DNA of 64,000 bases from Selaginella moellendorffii (lineage: Eukaryota > Plantae > Lycopodiophyta): NCBI RefSeq assembly GCF_000143415.4, contig NW_003314275.1:935955-999954 (forward strand), read 5' to 3'. The notes below the pieces were generated by a model. That model made no database searches. It saw only the letters and a program-made list of their open reading frames with translations, and had not been told where the DNA came from. The translations under genes and the position numbers were made by a program. Below, in pieces: positions 63,523-64,000 of the stretch; position 1 is the stretch's first letter; the number at the start of each line of letters is the position of its first letter.

Positions 63523-64000
63523 ATGGTGAGTGATTCCTCTGGAATTCGTAGCGGATTCTGACATCGTGATGCTCTTTCCAGGTGAAATTCACGGCAGAAG
63601 AGCTGCGCCGGATCATGGACAAGAAGCACAACATCCGGAACATGTCTGTGATTGCTCATGTCGATCACGGTGAGTTTCTTCTAGATTTTCCATCCATTCA
63701 GTAGCTAAAGCTCGTCGATCTGAAATTTTCGCCAGGAAAATCCACCCTGACGGATTCCCTGGTTGCGGCCGCTGGGATTATCGCCCAGGAGGTGGCTGGA
63801 GACGTCCGGATGACCGATACACGCCAAGATGAGGCCGAGCGTGGAATCACTATCAAGTCGACTGGAATTTCCCTCTACTACGAGATGAGCGAGGAGTCTT
63901 TGAAAGCTTTCAAGGGGGAGCGAGATGGCTACGAGTACCTGATCAATTTGATCGACTCTCCAGGGCACGTCGACTTTTCATCCGAGGTCACAGCTGCTTT
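63523..64000 (+). CDS. EF2: Translation elongation factor 2 (eEF2), 5' part
   Basis: ATG-only first coding exon, intron 63526-63581, then [29 protein letters not shown]|[16 protein letters not shown]...[13 protein letters not shown]...[20 protein letters not shown]. Confidence 0.97.

Noticed and set aside
63332-63968. Minus-strand ORFs over eEF2, and similar antisense ORFs over other genes
   Set aside because: Shadow frames of GC-rich coding exons with no independent evidence.

Overview
Eukaryotic nuclear DNA from a compact land-plant genome. The ~50-60 nt GT-AG introns, tiny intergenic gaps and many PLS-class PPR sequences suggest a lycophyte such as Selaginella (inference). The ends of the window carry intact genes. 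Left: agmatine deiminase, vacuolar NHX, tRNA-Trp and an At4g24610-like gene. Middle: DUF829/TMEM53. Right: a kinase-less L-type lectin receptor and eEF2. 10-37 kb is a repeat graveyard: inverted duplications of PPR-fragment mosaics, a foldback element, a Copia element with ~92-bp LTRs that captured an MCTP C2-domain fragment, two decayed Gypsy elements and a hAT MITE. 41-61 kb is an accessory island. It holds two abutting PPR-DYW (pseudo)genes and deletion-riddled pseudogenes of OGDH-E1, HAK/KUP and WRKY. It also holds an intronless Crinkler/RHS-type NTPase + restriction-endonuclease-fold gene facing a decayed inverted copy, and a Uma2-like endonuclease next to ankyrin repeats. All calls come from reading the sequence and recognising motifs; no searches were run, and boundaries of decayed elements are approximate.
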